Below the pieces are notes generated by a model that was not told where the DNA came from, made no database searches, and saw only the letters and a list, made by a program, of their open reading frames with translations. This document shows, in pieces, positions 9,439 to 19,322 of a stretch of 64,000 nucleotides of DNA. Numbering within the stretch: the first letter of the stretch is position 1; every line of letters begins with the position of its first letter. Origin of the DNA: Chloroflexota bacterium. Lineage in GTDB: Bacteria > Chloroflexota > Dehalococcoidia > Lucifugimonadales > UBA3495. The DNA lies in NCBI GenBank assembly GCA_022573285.1, contig JACZUF010000004.1, positions 60,441-124,440 on the forward strand, read 5' to 3'. Both the position numbers and the translations under genes were made by a program.

Positions 9439-9937
9439 TTGCTGATCGGCGTGGTATCCGACACCCACGGCTTTTATGACCCGCGTGTGCCGCCGCTCCT
9501 TGACGGAGTGGAGCACATCCTCCACGCGGGCGACATCGGCACGGGCCGGATCATCGAGCAGCTATCGGAGATTGCGCCGGTGACGGCGGTGCGGGGCAAC
9601 AACGACCGCGAGGGGCCTGAGTCCCAGTTCCCCGACATGGAGATTGTCGATCTGGGCGGCTGCCGCATCTACCTGACCCACATCGTGAAGGTGCCCAAGG
9701 AAGGGGATGATGCTGGACTTTCCACCTACCTGGACGCTCGGTCCGACGTGGTTGTGTTCGGCCACAGCCACATGGCCTTATTATGAAACGCGCGAAACGC
9801 GCGAGACGGAGCAGCGAGGGCCGCTCACCTTCTTCAACCCCGGCGCGGCGGGCAAGCGGCGTTTCAAAGTTGTGCCGTCCATCGGACTGCTGGATGTGGG
9901 GCCGGGGAGGGTCGAGGGGCGGATACTGGTCCTCTGA
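9439..9937 (+). pseudogene. YfcE/MJ0936-family metallophosphoesterase with a one-base frameshift near 9781 (real lesion or assembly error)
   Basis: GVVSDTH, HAGD, VRGNND, FGHSH in one frame, stop at 9784-9786; the C-terminal FFNPGAAG..RF motif continues in another frame to 9937. Confidence 0.8.
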
Positions 9938-9960
9938 GGCTGGGCTTACCCGGATCGCCC

Positions 9961-10004
9961 GCCCCCATCCTAAACCTTCCCCCTTGCGAGGAGGAAGGGA
10001 TTAT
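9961..10004. repeat. REP-like repeat, family C (CCCCCATCCTAACCTTCCCCC..GGAAGGGA)
   Basis: Related copies at 11341-11423 (inverted pair), 61207-61243 and more loosely 39722-39770. Confidence 0.7.
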
Positions 10005-10030
10005 TTTGGCGCGAGGCCGTTGAAAAACCA

Positions 10031-11329
10031 TCAGGTGATTCCCGGCACGTTTTGGCGGCCCCTTAAAGTGAATAGGGCCAACAACCCGGACCCAACGGTC
10101 AAGGCTGCGATTAGCTGTATCGCCGGCCTGAAGCCAAATAAGTCGGCCATGATTCCAGCCAGAAGGGCCCCGATGATGAACCCGGAGTCCCTCCAGAACC
10201 GGTAAACGCCCAGGAACGACGCCCGGTCTATGGCTGGGACGGAATCTCCAACGGCGGCCAATAGGGTGGGATAAACCAGCGCCGTGCCCAAACCCAGCAA
10301 GGACATGGACCCGATCCATACCCCGTAAGAGTGGACACCCGCCGTCAGGGAGATCGCCGCGCCTTGCAGCACCATCCCGATCACTATCAGCGGTTTTCGT
10401 CCTAAAAGATCGCTGGCCCAGCCGGTGGCCAGTTGAAGGACTCCCCAGACCAGGGGGTAAACCGCGACCAGTACCGCGATACGGTCGAGGGCCAGGCCCT
10501 GGCTGGCGAAGTAGAGCGGGAATATCCCCCAGGCCACCCCGTCGTTCAGGTTCTTCACGAGCCCTGCCTGTGTCAGCCCGAACAGGTACGGCTTACGCCA
10601 AGTGGCGTCGGCAAAGTTGGCTTTGAAGGATGACGGTACCCCCATCGGCCCTGAAAGCCCGGCCGTCTCCCCCGGAACCCCGGCCGTCTCCAGTGAAAGG
10701 TGGGCCGCTGTGTCTCGGATAAACAGGACGCTGAACGCCAGGCCCGCGGCGGCTATCCCGATCCCCAGGTAGAAGGGCTCCGGCCTAAGCCCGTAAGCCT
10801 CGGCGATTATCCCGGTCAATAATGCGACCACTGCCAGGGATAGATAACCGGCTGATTCGTTGAATCCCAGCACCAACCCCCGCCAACGTGGGCCGGCCAG
10901 GTCCATCTTCATGTTGACCGTCATCGACCAGGCAAGCCCCTGGTTGACGCCCAATAGCAGGTTGGCGCCGATGACCCATCCCCAGGCCGGGGCCCAGATC
11001 AATATCAGAGGGACCGGGATACCGATTATCCAACCGGCGATGAGGATCCGGCGGCGGGTGAACCGTTGAGTAAAACCGCCGACCAAGAGGTTGGACACGG
11101 CCTTGGCCAGGCCGAAGGTCGCGATGAAAGAGACGATGGCCGTTTTGGACGTTACGCCGAATTCCGCTTCAGCCAGGCCGGGCAGGATGGTGCGCTCCAT
11201 CCCGATCATCCCACCGACGAACATGTTGGCGGCCACCAACAGGGCGATCTGACGCCAGTTGTCCGACAGGCCCAGGTGGACCGGCCCTTGGACAGAAGCG
11301 AACCCCGGAAACCGCCTAGCGAAGATCAT
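10031..11329 (-). CDS. MFS transporter
   Basis: About 12 hydrophobic segments, GWASDLLGRK motif A, GVYRFWRDSG. Confidence 0.9.
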   Translation of the reverse strand: MIFARRFPGFASVQGPVHLGLSDNWRQIALLVAANMFVGGMIGMERTILPGLAEAEFGVTSKTAIVSFIATFGLAKAVSNLLVGGFTQRFTRRRILIAGWIIGIPVPLILIWAPAWGWVIGANLLLGVNQGLAWSMTVNMKMDLAGPRWRGLVLGFNESAGYLSLAVVALLTGIIAEAYGLRPEPFYLGIGIAAAGLAFSVLFIRDTAAHLSLETAGVPGETAGLSGPMGVPSSFKANFADATWRKPYLFGLTQAGLVKNLNDGVAWGIFPLYFASQGLALDRIAVLVAVYPLVWGVLQLATGWASDLLGRKPLIVIGMVLQGAAISLTAGVHSYGVWIGSMSLLGLGTALVYPTLLAAVGDSVPAIDRASFLGVYRFWRDSGFIIGALLAGIMADLFGFRPAIQLIAALTVGSGLLALFTLRGRQNVPGIT

Positions 11330-11340
11330 AGGAACGTAGC

Positions 11341-11423
11341 GCCCCCAAGCTAACCTTCCCCCTCAAGGGGGGAAGGGATTATCGTTCTCTCCCCCTCGCA
11401 AGGGGGAGAGTTAGAGTGGGGGC
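11341..11423. repeat. Inverted pair of family C palindromic repeats
   Basis: GCCCCCAAGCTAAC...GTTAGAGTGGGGGC outer arms enclosing two hairpins (TTCCCCC-TCAAG-GGGGGAA and CTCTCCCCCT-CGCA-AGGGGGAGAG). Confidence 0.75.
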
Positions 11424-11483
11424 AACCTCTCTGTGGGAACCTGTTTCGCGAGGGAAGACCAGAGCCCACCCAGCTTCAGACCC

Positions 11484-12332
11484 CTACTGGTCCAACCGTA
11501 TAGCCTGCGCCCCCAACTGGGGCCAGGCGGCGGGGGCGGCGGCCTTTTCCAGGCGCTCTTCCAGGGGGAGGTCTTCATCCCAGTAGTAGCCGATGAAACG
11601 CTGGCCGTTGATGCCGTCCGAAGCCTCCGAGGCCAGCCAGACCACGGGTTTCTGCATCACGTCGGGCTGAATCATTTCGCTGCGGTCATGGGCGGCGTCG
11701 TCAGGGATCAGGTCGGTGTTGGCCCTGCCGCCCGGCACCAGAATATTGGCCGTGACTCCCGTGCCTTCCAATTCTCTGGACGCCATGGCCACCAAGGCTT
11801 CATGGGCCGCTTTGGAGGGACCGTAGGGCATGCCCCCCTCGCGGTACATGGTGTTCATGCTGGTGGTGACGCCGATGATCCGGCCCCACCTTTGGGCCAG
11901 CATGTGGGGCACGACTGTCCGCGTCATGTAGAAGGGGCCGCTGCTGTTGACCGAAATGACCCGGTCCCACTCCTCGGCCGTCACTTCCCAGAAGTTGTTC
12001 TTCGTCTCGCCGCCCATGAGCATCTTCCGGGGCGCGATGCCCGCGTTGTTGACCAATATATGGAGCCCGCCCAGCTCTTGGATGGTGCGCTGCACCGAAC
12101 GCTCGGCCTCCTCGATGGAAGAAACGTCCACCACCTGGGCCATGACGCAGTCGTCGCCGCCGATCTCCCGCATGTAGTTCGAGCTTTCGTCCAGCCATTG
12201 CTGGTTGATGTCCATCATCGACACCCTGGCTCCCGCCCTGACCAATGCCTCGGTCATGGACCGGCCCAACCCCCGCGGGCTGGCCGCGCCGGTGACGATC
12301 GCAATCTTTCCTTCAAGCGTCTTTTGTTGCAC
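11484..12332 (-). CDS. Short-chain dehydrogenase/reductase
   Basis: TGAASPRGLG, LVNNAG, YGPSK catalytic YxxxK. Confidence 0.92.
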   Translation of the reverse strand: MQQKTLEGKIAIVTGAASPRGLGRSMTEALVRAGARVSMMDINQQWLDESSNYMREIGGDDCVMAQVVDVSSIEEAERSVQRTIQELGGLHILVNNAGIAPRKMLMGGETKNNFWEVTAEEWDRVISVNSSGPFYMTRTVVPHMLAQRWGRIIGVTTSMNTMYREGGMPYGPSKAAHEALVAMASRELEGTGVTANILVPGGRANTDLIPDDAAHDRSEMIQPDVMQKPVVWLASEASDGINGQRFIGYYWDEDLPLEERLEKAAAPAAWPQLGAQAIRLDQ

Positions 12333-12390
12333 GGGAACTCTCCATAACTCGGATATTCGGCGCCCATGAAAACGCGGCTGCGCCGCCGGC

Positions 12391-13143
12391 CTATTGGGCT
12401 AGGTAGCCACCGTCGATCACCAATTCGCTGCCGGTCACGAAGGACGACTCGTCCGACGCCAGGTAAAGCACCCCGTAAGCCACGTCGTCAGGTATCCCGG
12501 TCCGGCCAATCGGAATGCGCGCAATGGACTCGGCCTGGGCCTCCGCGTCGCCTTGGCGGACGGCCGTCATCGGGGTGTCGATGGGGCCGGGATGCACCGA
12601 GTTCACCCGGATGCCCTCCGATGCGTACTGGATGGCGGCCGATTTGGTGAAGATGCGCACCGCGCCCTTTGACGCGTTGTACGCCGCCGCGACGTAGGAC
12701 TGACCGGCGATGCCCGAGATGGAAGAGATGTTGATGATGGACCCGCCGCCGGCCTTCCGCATTTCGGGGATGGCGGCCTTGGTGCCCAGGAACACGCCCT
12801 TGGCGTTGATATTCATGACCCGGTCCCACTCCGCGACGCTGAGGTCCTCCAGCATCACCCTGGACACCACGCCCGCGTTGTTGACCAGGATGTCCAACTT
12901 GCCGAAGCGGCTCACCGTCTCGGCAATGGCCGACGTCCAGCTCTCTTCGCTGCTGACGTCCAGGTGGACGTAAAGACACTCGCCCCCCAGTTCGTTTATC
13001 TCGGCCTCGGTCTGTCTTCCCACATCGTCGAGTACGTCCCCAATCACAACCTTGGCCCCCTCCCGGGCAAACATCTTGGCCTCGGCGGCACCCATGCCCC
13101 GGGCTCCGCCGCTCACGAAGGCGACTTTATTCTCCAGACGCAT
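12391..13143 (-). CDS. Short-chain dehydrogenase/reductase (3alpha,20beta-HSD/cyclopentanol dehydrogenase-like)
   Basis: SGGARGMG, LVNNAG, YNASK, NSVHPG, VTGSELVIDGG. Confidence 0.93.
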   Translation of the reverse strand: MRLENKVAFVSGGARGMGAAEAKMFAREGAKVVIGDVLDDVGRQTEAEINELGGECLYVHLDVSSEESWTSAIAETVSRFGKLDILVNNAGVVSRVMLEDLSVAEWDRVMNINAKGVFLGTKAAIPEMRKAGGGSIINISSISGIAGQSYVAAAYNASKGAVRIFTKSAAIQYASEGIRVNSVHPGPIDTPMTAVRQGDAEAQAESIARIPIGRTGIPDDVAYGVLYLASDESSFVTGSELVIDGGYLAQ

Positions 13144-13319
13144 ACATACCCCCTGCCGTCCGGTCGAATGGCACCGGCGGGAACCTGAACGGATGGCAAG
13201 ATTCTAACCGTTGGGCGTGGTTAGTCAATGGCCTAGAGCGCCTGGTGGGATTGGGAAAAAGGAAACAGAAGCCGAAGACCGATTGAGGAAGCCCGTTGAG
13301 GAAACCCGGCTGAGCCGGC

Positions 13320-13394
13320 TGGTCGGGGTGGGCAGAATCGAACTGCCGACCTCCTGCTCCCAAAGCAGGCGCCCTACCGCTGGGCTACACCCCG
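13320..13394 (-). tRNA. tRNA-Pro (anticodon TGG)
   Basis: Reverse complement CGGGGTGTAGCCCAGCGGTAGGGCG-CCTGC-TTTGGGA-GCAGG-AGGTCGGCAGTTCGATTCTGCCCACCCCGACCA; cloverleaf with encoded CCA. Confidence 0.96.
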
Positions 13395-13426
13395 GCTGAC
13401 GAAGAAGGGTGGGAATGGGGCTAAAG

Positions 13427-13502
13427 TGGTACCCCCGGAGAGGGTCGAACTCTCGTCCCCGGCTCCGGAGGCCGGTACTCTAATCCACTGAGCTACGGGG
13501 GC
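13427..13502 (-). tRNA. tRNA-Arg (anticodon CCG)
   Basis: Reverse complement GCCCCCGTAGCTCAGTGGATTAGAGTA-CCGGC-CTCCGGA-GCCGG-GGACGAGAGTTCGACCCTCTCCGGGGGTACCA. Confidence 0.96.
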
Positions 13503-13623
13503 CAGCACACGACTAAGAATAGCATGGTTGAATGGGGCCAACAAGGACGGCGCGGACCGTTGGCTGTGGACAAACCACAGGCCCGCCACTAGACTAGGGG
13601 CACTTTCCCGCCGAGGTTGAAAT

Positions 13624-14676
13624 ATGCCCGTTTTCACGCCCGAATACCTGCACAAAGTCGCCTACCACATCTACCGCGCCAAGGGCACTCCCGACGATGA
13701 AGCAGAGGTCGTGGCAACCCATCTGGTCAAGGCCAACCTGACCGGCCACGACTCCCACGGCGTGATCCAAATACCCACCTACGCCGAGCGCATCGACGCC
13801 GGGCATATCGTTCCCGGCGCGCCTTTCGATGTGCTGAAGGAAGCCCCCTGCACCGCGGTCATCGACGGCAACTGGGGGTTCGGCTTCGTGGTCACCGAGA
13901 AGGCCACCCGCATGGCCATCGAGAAGGCCAAGACCAACGGCGTCGCGGCCATCACCGTCCGCCGTCAGAGCCACATCGGCCGGTTGGGCGACTACCCCAC
14001 CATGATGGCCGCCGACGGGATGATCGGCATGATCACCGCCGACTCGGGCGCTGGGCCCAAGGCCGTGGCCCCCTTCGGCGGACGGGCCCGCAAACTGGGC
14101 ACCAACCCGATCTGCATCTGCATGCCCAGCAACCTGGACGGGCCGGTCTTGATGGACATGGCGACCAGCACCGTGGCCCTGGGCAAAGTCGCGCTGGCCC
14201 GCAACCGGAAACAGGATATTCCCCTGGGCTGGATCGTGGACAAAGACGGCAACCCCACCACCGACCCCAACGACTACTACTCCGGCGGGGCCCTCCTGCC
14301 GGTGGGGGTGGACCAAGGCCACAAGGGCTACGCCCTCTCGTTCATGGTGGAGGTATTCTCCGGCCTGCTCACCGGCCTGGGCTTCGGCATCGACCCCGAG
14401 GCCCGGCACAACGACGGCGTGTTCATCGCCGCCTTCAATTTGGAGCACTTCCGGCCCCTGGAAGAGTTCAAGAAAGAAATCGGCGAGTTCGTCGAGTTCG
14501 TCAAGGACTCCCCGCCCGCGGCCGGATTCAAAGAGGTGCTCTATCCCGGCGAGATCGAGTGGCGTAACGAGCAGACCCGCCGCAAAGAGGGTATCTTCGT
14601 GGAAGACGAGACCTGGGAGCAGATCAGCGGCCTGATGCAGTCTCTGAATGTTGAGCAGGAAGTGGGCCGGCCGTAG
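13624..14676 (+). CDS. Ldh_2 family oxidoreductase (malate/lactate/ureidoglycolate/sulfolactate dehydrogenase type)
   Basis: ANLTGHDSHGV, HIGRLG, GTNPI, MDMATS, GHKGYAL, VLYPGE. Confidence 0.9.
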   Translation: MPVFTPEYLHKVAYHIYRAKGTPDDEAEVVATHLVKANLTGHDSHGVIQIPTYAERIDAGHIVPGAPFDVLKEAPCTAVIDGNWGFGFVVTEKATRMAIEKAKTNGVAAITVRRQSHIGRLGDYPTMMAADGMIGMITADSGAGPKAVAPFGGRARKLGTNPICICMPSNLDGPVLMDMATSTVALGKVALARNRKQDIPLGWIVDKDGNPTTDPNDYYSGGALLPVGVDQGHKGYALSFMVEVFSGLLTGLGFGIDPEARHNDGVFIAAFNLEHFRPLEEFKKEIGEFVEFVKDSPPAAGFKEVLYPGEIEWRNEQTRRKEGIFVEDETWEQISGLMQSLNVEQEVGRP

Positions 14677-14721
14677 CCAGGCGATTCCGTAGCCGGTCAA
14701 TCGATGTAACGGGTGAAATAG

Positions 14722-15339
14722 ATGAGTGGTCAAAAGATCAGGGAGACCTACCTGGAAGCTGGGGAGTTCTTCGGCCGCGTGGTGGACCAGGTGGACATCG
14801 ACGGGTGGGAAGCGCCCGCCCTGGGAGAGTGGTGCGTCCGCGACCTGACCGGGCACACCCACCGCGCCCTCACCACCGTGCTGACCTACTCCGCGAAACC
14901 GGGGGACAAGGTTGAACTGGAACGGCCGGTGGATTACTTCTTGAAAGCCTTTGAATCCGTGGCCGACCCCAAGCAGGTGGCCGAGCGGGGACGGGCCGCC
15001 GGGCTGGAGATAATCGACGACCCCAAGATGATGGTCCGCGGCTTCGCCATGTACGTAAAGAACAAGCTGGACGAGCTGAGCGACGACCACATCATGGCCA
15101 CGCCGGTGGGCGGGATACGGCTCATTGACTACCTCCCCACCCGGACCTTCGAGTTGATCATCCACACCATGGACCTGGCCATCGCCCTGGGCGTGAACGA
15201 CGAACCCCCCGAGAACGGCCTCGAAACAACCATTCAGATACTGGGCCAACTGGCCCTGTACCGGGGCCACGCCCCCGGCCTCATCCTGGCGGCCACCGGA
15301 CGGCACGTCCTGCCAGACGGGTTCTCGGTGTTGAGCTAG
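14722..15339 (+). CDS. MDMPI/DinB-like maleylpyruvate isomerase family protein
   Basis: W..PALGEWCVRDLTGH and TRTFELIIHTMDL metal-binding motifs. Confidence 0.8.
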   Translation: MSGQKIRETYLEAGEFFGRVVDQVDIDGWEAPALGEWCVRDLTGHTHRALTTVLTYSAKPGDKVELERPVDYFLKAFESVADPKQVAERGRAAGLEIIDDPKMMVRGFAMYVKNKLDELSDDHIMATPVGGIRLIDYLPTRTFELIIHTMDLAIALGVNDEPPENGLETTIQILGQLALYRGHAPGLILAATGRHVLPDGFSVLS

Positions 15340-15478
15340 GGCTGGCCCCGGCCTGCTCCCTCACGTCATCTTTACCGGTCACCGCCTGCTTCCGGTCAAG
15401 CTGATTCCTGGCCCGAATGACCGATGAAAGCCTGCCAAGGGCCGGCCCAACCCCACCGCCTACAGCCCTCCCTCCGCG

Positions 15479-15507
15479 TTGCCCGGTCCGAGGCTGTATG
15501 CTATAAT
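15479..15507 (+). promoter_or_regulatory. Sigma70-type promoter of rpsO-pnp
   Basis: TTGCCC-17 nt-TATAAT with extended TG. Confidence 0.6.
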
Positions 15508-15554
15508 CCAGCGGACGTAAAAGAAGAGGAAAGAGAGAAGCGAACACACATCTA

Positions 15555-15821
15555 ATGCTAGACGGAGAGACTAAAGCGCGGATTATCAAGGAGTACCAGA
15601 TCAACGGCAAAGACACCGGCTCAGCCGAAGTCCAAGTCGCCGTACTAACGGAAAACATCAAAGCGCTCACCGGCCATCTGCGGGAACACAAAAAGGACGT
15701 TCACTCAAGGCGCGGACTCCTTGGCATGGTTTCCCAGAGGCGGAGACTCCTCAAGTACCTCAACGCGGAAGACGTAAACCGCTACCAGACACTTATCGCC
15801 CGGCTTGGCCTGCGGCGTTAA
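15555..15821 (+). CDS. rpsO: 30S ribosomal protein S15
   Basis: [35 protein letters not shown]. Confidence 0.98.
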   Translation: MLDGETKARIIKEYQINGKDTGSAEVQVAVLTENIKALTGHLREHKKDVHSRRGLLGMVSQRRRLLKYLNAEDVNRYQTLIARLGLRR

Positions 15822-15831
15822 GCCCCCTCAG

Positions 15832-15856
15832 AACAACACCCTGGTAGGGTGTTGTT
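15832..15856 (+). terminator. Hairpin between rpsO and pnp (leaky terminator or processing site)
   Basis: AACAACACCCT-GGT-AGGGTGTTGTT perfect stem. Confidence 0.55.
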
Positions 15857-15925
15857 TCTCGTCTAGCTCTCACCCCATCTATCGATTGCGCACGCTTTTT
15901 ATTGCGAGGTTGCCCTAGGCACATT

Positions 15926-18199
15926 ATGGCTACAGAATTATCTATTCCCACGTCGGTCGAGCGCCAGATCGACGGCAAAACCCTTACCATCGAGACAGGG
16001 AGACTGGCTAACCAGGCCCACGGCAGCGTGACTGTCACCTACGGCGAGTCCATCGTCCTGGCGACGGTCGTGATGTCCAGCAGGCCCCGGGCCGAGGACA
16101 TCGACTTCCTACCCCTCACCGTAGACTACGAAGAACGTCTCTACGCCGCCGGAAAGATCCCCGGAAGCTTCTTCCGCCGGGAGGGCCGCCCCGGACAGGA
16201 CGGCGTCCTGGCCGCCAGGATGACCGACCGTTCCATCCGGCCGTTGTTCGCCAAGGGGCTGCACAACGACATCCAGATCACTCTGACGGTGCTCTCCGCC
16301 GACCAGGAGAACCCACCCGAGATTCTGGGCATGATCGGCGCCTCCGCCGCCATCTCCCTCTCCCAGATCCCCTTCAACGGTCCCATCGCCTCCTGCCGCA
16401 TCGCTTATCTGGAGGGTGAATACATCATTCACCCGTCCTATGCGCAGAGCAAAGAGAGCAAGTTGAGCATGGTGGTCAGCAGCTCCCGGGACGCGATCCT
16501 GATGGTCGAAGCCGGCTCCGATGAAGTCTCGGAAGAGATCATCCTGGAAGCCATCAAGAAGGCCCAGGAGGCCAACAACAGCACCATCGATATGATCGAA
16601 GACCTGACCCGTCAGGTGGGCAAGCCCAAGATCGACGCCGAATACGACCAGGCCGGGGCCGACGCCCTCGCCGCCAAGATCAAGGAGATCATCGGCTCCG
16701 GGTTCGACGACCTGCTAAGCCGCAACCCCGGCATGTACGAGATGGACGACGGAGAGAAAGAGCTTTCTTCCAAAGTGTCAGAACAACTTAGCGAGGAATA
16801 CTCCCGAAACGCCATCGCCGACGGTTTTAAAAGCGTATTCCGAGAGGCCGTGAGAAGCCGCATCCTGCAACAGCACGTACGGTCGGACGGACGGGCATTG
16901 GACCAAGTACGCCCGATCTCCTGCGACACGGGCATCCTGCCCCGCACCCACGGCACGGGACTCTTCACCCGCGGCGAAACTCAGGTCCTGTCCATCTTGA
17001 CCGTGGGCTCTCTTGCCATGCGCCAGACCCTGGACACCGTCGGCCCCGACGGCACCAAGCGGTTCATGCACCATTACAACTTCCCGTCATTCTCCACCGG
17101 AGAAGCCCGGCGCGTCATGTCCCCAGGACGGCGCGAGATCGGACACGGGGCTTTGGCCGAACGGGCGATCCTGCCGGTCCTCCCATCGGAGGATGACTTT
17201 CCCTACGCCATCCGCATCGTCTCCGAATGCCTCAGTTCCAACGGCAGCACGTCCATGGGCAGCGTCTGTGGCTCCTCTCTTGCACTGATGGACGGGGGTG
17301 TCCCCATCAAGGCGGCGGTGGCCGGTATCGCCATGGGCCTGATCACCGGCGAAGACGGCGAATATGCCATCCTGAGCGACATCCAGGGTGTCGAAGACTT
17401 CCTTGGCGATATGGACTTCAAAGTGGCGGGCACCGCCGACGGCGTGAACGCCCTCCAGATGGACGTCAAGACCCCTCATCTGACCTACGACATCCTGAAA
17501 GAGGCCTTGGAACAGGCGCGTCAGGGACGGCTTCACATAATGGGGAAGATGAACGAGGTCCTCTCCGAGACACGGAGCCAGATGAGCGAACACGCGCCCA
17601 AGATGGTCCGCCTGAAGATCAAGGTCGAGAAGATCGGCGCCCTCATCGGGCCCGGCGGTCGCGTCATCCGGGCCATAATCGAGGAGACCGGCACCACCAT
17701 CAACGTGGAAGACGACGGTTCTGTGACCATCGGCGGCGTCGATCCGGCCATGCTTGAACTGGCCGAATCCAGGGTGGACGCCCTCACCCGCGAATTGGCG
17801 ATAGGCGACATATTCACCGGCAAGGTGGTTCGCATCACCAACTTCGGCGCCTTCGTGGAACTGGTGCCCGGCAAGGACGGCCTGATCCGCAACGGCGACC
17901 TGGGCGAGATGGATGAGGAACTGACCGAGGGTCAGGAACTCACGGTCATCATCCGTGAGATCGACTCGCAGGGACGGGTCAACCTGTCCCGGAAGGCCCT
18001 ATTTGGCGACGACAGCCCCCCAGCCCCACGGACCGATTCCGGCCCTCCCCGTGACCGAAGCGGTGACCGGGGCGGACGCGGCGGGTTCGGCGGCGGACGC
18101 GGCGGTTCCGGCGGCGGACGTGGCGGCCCCCGTAACGGTGGCGGTGGCCGTGGTCCAGGAGGCCCCGGCGGCGGACGATTTCAGGGAGGAAACCGGTAG
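15926..18199 (+). CDS. pnp: Polyribonucleotide nucleotidyltransferase
   Basis: DFLPLTVDYEER, FFRREGRP, RREIGHG, SNGSTSMGS, GDMDFKVAGT, KH and S1 domains; start ATG 15926. Confidence 0.98.
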   Translation: MATELSIPTSVERQIDGKTLTIETGRLANQAHGSVTVTYGESIVLATVVMSSRPRAEDIDFLPLTVDYEERLYAAGKIPGSFFRREGRPGQDGVLAARMTDRSIRPLFAKGLHNDIQITLTVLSADQENPPEILGMIGASAAISLSQIPFNGPIASCRIAYLEGEYIIHPSYAQSKESKLSMVVSSSRDAILMVEAGSDEVSEEIILEAIKKAQEANNSTIDMIEDLTRQVGKPKIDAEYDQAGADALAAKIKEIIGSGFDDLLSRNPGMYEMDDGEKELSSKVSEQLSEEYSRNAIADGFKSVFREAVRSRILQQHVRSDGRALDQVRPISCDTGILPRTHGTGLFTRGETQVLSILTVGSLAMRQTLDTVGPDGTKRFMHHYNFPSFSTGEARRVMSPGRREIGHGALAERAILPVLPSEDDFPYAIRIVSECLSSNGSTSMGSVCGSSLALMDGGVPIKAAVAGIAMGLITGEDGEYAILSDIQGVEDFLGDMDFKVAGTADGVNALQMDVKTPHLTYDILKEALEQARQGRLHIMGKMNEVLSETRSQMSEHAPKMVRLKIKVEKIGALIGPGGRVIRAIIEETGTTINVEDDGSVTIGGVDPAMLELAESRVDALTRELAIGDIFTGKVVRITNFGAFVELVPGKDGLIRNGDLGEMDEELTEGQELTVIIREIDSQGRVNLSRKALFGDDSPPAPRTDSGPPRDRSGDRGGRGGFGGGRGGSGGGRGGPRNGGGGRGPGGPGGGRFQGGNR

Positions 18200-18224
18200 C
18201 CGGACCCACATAAACTAGCCAGCC

Positions 18225-18277
18225 AACAGCCCCGTCCTTCCACAGGATGAATTGGAAGGGCGGGGCTGTTTCATTTT
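18225..18277 (+). terminator. Intrinsic terminator after pnp
   Basis: AACAGCCCCGTCCTTCCA/TGGAAGGGCGGGGCTGTT stem followed by T-rich tail. Confidence 0.7.
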
Positions 18278-18353
18278 CCGGGATTCACTGGGCTCGACCG
18301 CATGCTATCATCAGAGGTGAATTGGCTCGATGATTGGAGCTTGGTTGATGGGT

Positions 18354-18382
18354 GTAGGGGCAGGTTTGAAACCTGCCCCTAC
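18354..18382. repeat. GTAG-type REP palindrome, family A2 (GTAGGGGCAGGTTTGAAACCTGCCCCTAC)
   Basis: Perfect palindrome; relatives at 20537-20561, 21632-21657, 39839-39864, 55388-55412, 55561-55586. Confidence 0.85.
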
Positions 18383-18497
18383 GTCTCCGATGCCAACTAA
18401 CGCGATGTGGCAACGCAACCCGCCCAATCCGCTCATCCTGAGCTTGTCAAAGGGCGTGAATTAGTCACCTTGCTGACCAGCAGAATTAGGAGTCGCC

Positions 18498-19286
18498 ATG
18501 GCGGCAATAAAAGTCGTGATCAGCGGCGCAACCGGCAAGATGGGCCTTGAAACCGTCGCGGCAGTCTCCCGAGAAAGCGATCTTGAATTGGTGGGAGGTT
18601 CCTGCCGGCAGGACCGGGGGCCCACTCTGACTACCCCGTACAGCACGGTGGTCCCCCTTACGACGGACCTGGACTCCTTGCTGGAACAGACACGGCCCGC
18701 CGTGTTGGTGGACTTCACCAACGCCGCCGTGGCCATGGACGCCGCCGCAAAAGCCGCCGCCCGGTCCATCAACATCGTCATGGGCGCCAGCGGGTTCTCA
18801 GAAGACAATCTGAAGCAACTGGACGCCATGGCCAACGACAATGGCGTCGGCATCATCGTGGCGCCAAATTTCGCGCTGGGAGCCATCGTGCTCAAGAAGC
18901 TGGCCGAACAGGCGGCCCCCTACTTCGACTACGTGGACATAATCGAATCCCACCACGAGGCGAAGATCGACTCCCCCTCCGGGTTCGCCCTGGCCTTGGC
19001 GCGCAGCCTGGGCGAGATCAAGCAGTTCACCCGCAACCAGCCGGAGAAAGAGAACCTGGCCAACACCAGGGGCGGCGAGCACAACGGGATCTCGGTCCAC
19101 AGCATCCGCATGCCCGGCAAGAGCGCCCACCACGAGGTGATCTTCGGTGCGGCGGGGCAGACCGTGTCACTGCGCCACGACACCCTGGGCCGCGACTGCT
19201 ACATGCCCGGCGTGGTGCGCTGCATCCGCGACGTTGTGACCCTTCAGGGCCTTGTGATAGGCTTGGAGAACGTGCTCGGTCTTTAG
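18498..19286 (+). CDS. dapB: 4-hydroxy-tetrahydrodipicolinate reductase
   Basis: GATGKMG, VDFT, APNFALG, ESHHEAKIDSPSG. Confidence 0.95.
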   Translation: MAAIKVVISGATGKMGLETVAAVSRESDLELVGGSCRQDRGPTLTTPYSTVVPLTTDLDSLLEQTRPAVLVDFTNAAVAMDAAAKAAARSINIVMGASGFSEDNLKQLDAMANDNGVGIIVAPNFALGAIVLKKLAEQAAPYFDYVDIIESHHEAKIDSPSGFALALARSLGEIKQFTRNQPEKENLANTRGGEHNGISVHSIRMPGKSAHHEVIFGAAGQTVSLRHDTLGRDCYMPGVVRCIRDVVTLQGLVIGLENVLGL

Positions 19287-19322
19287 TTAGGCACGAATCC
19301 CAGCGTAGTCAGAGAGACACCA

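Noticed and set aside
13144-13320. Integrated element at the tRNA-Pro/tRNA-Arg 3' end
   Set aside because: No integrase and no duplicated tRNA 3' end seen in the window
13594-15306. 570-aa minus-strand ORF
   Set aside because: Antisense shadow of two well-supported + strand genes; typical of high-GC codon bias
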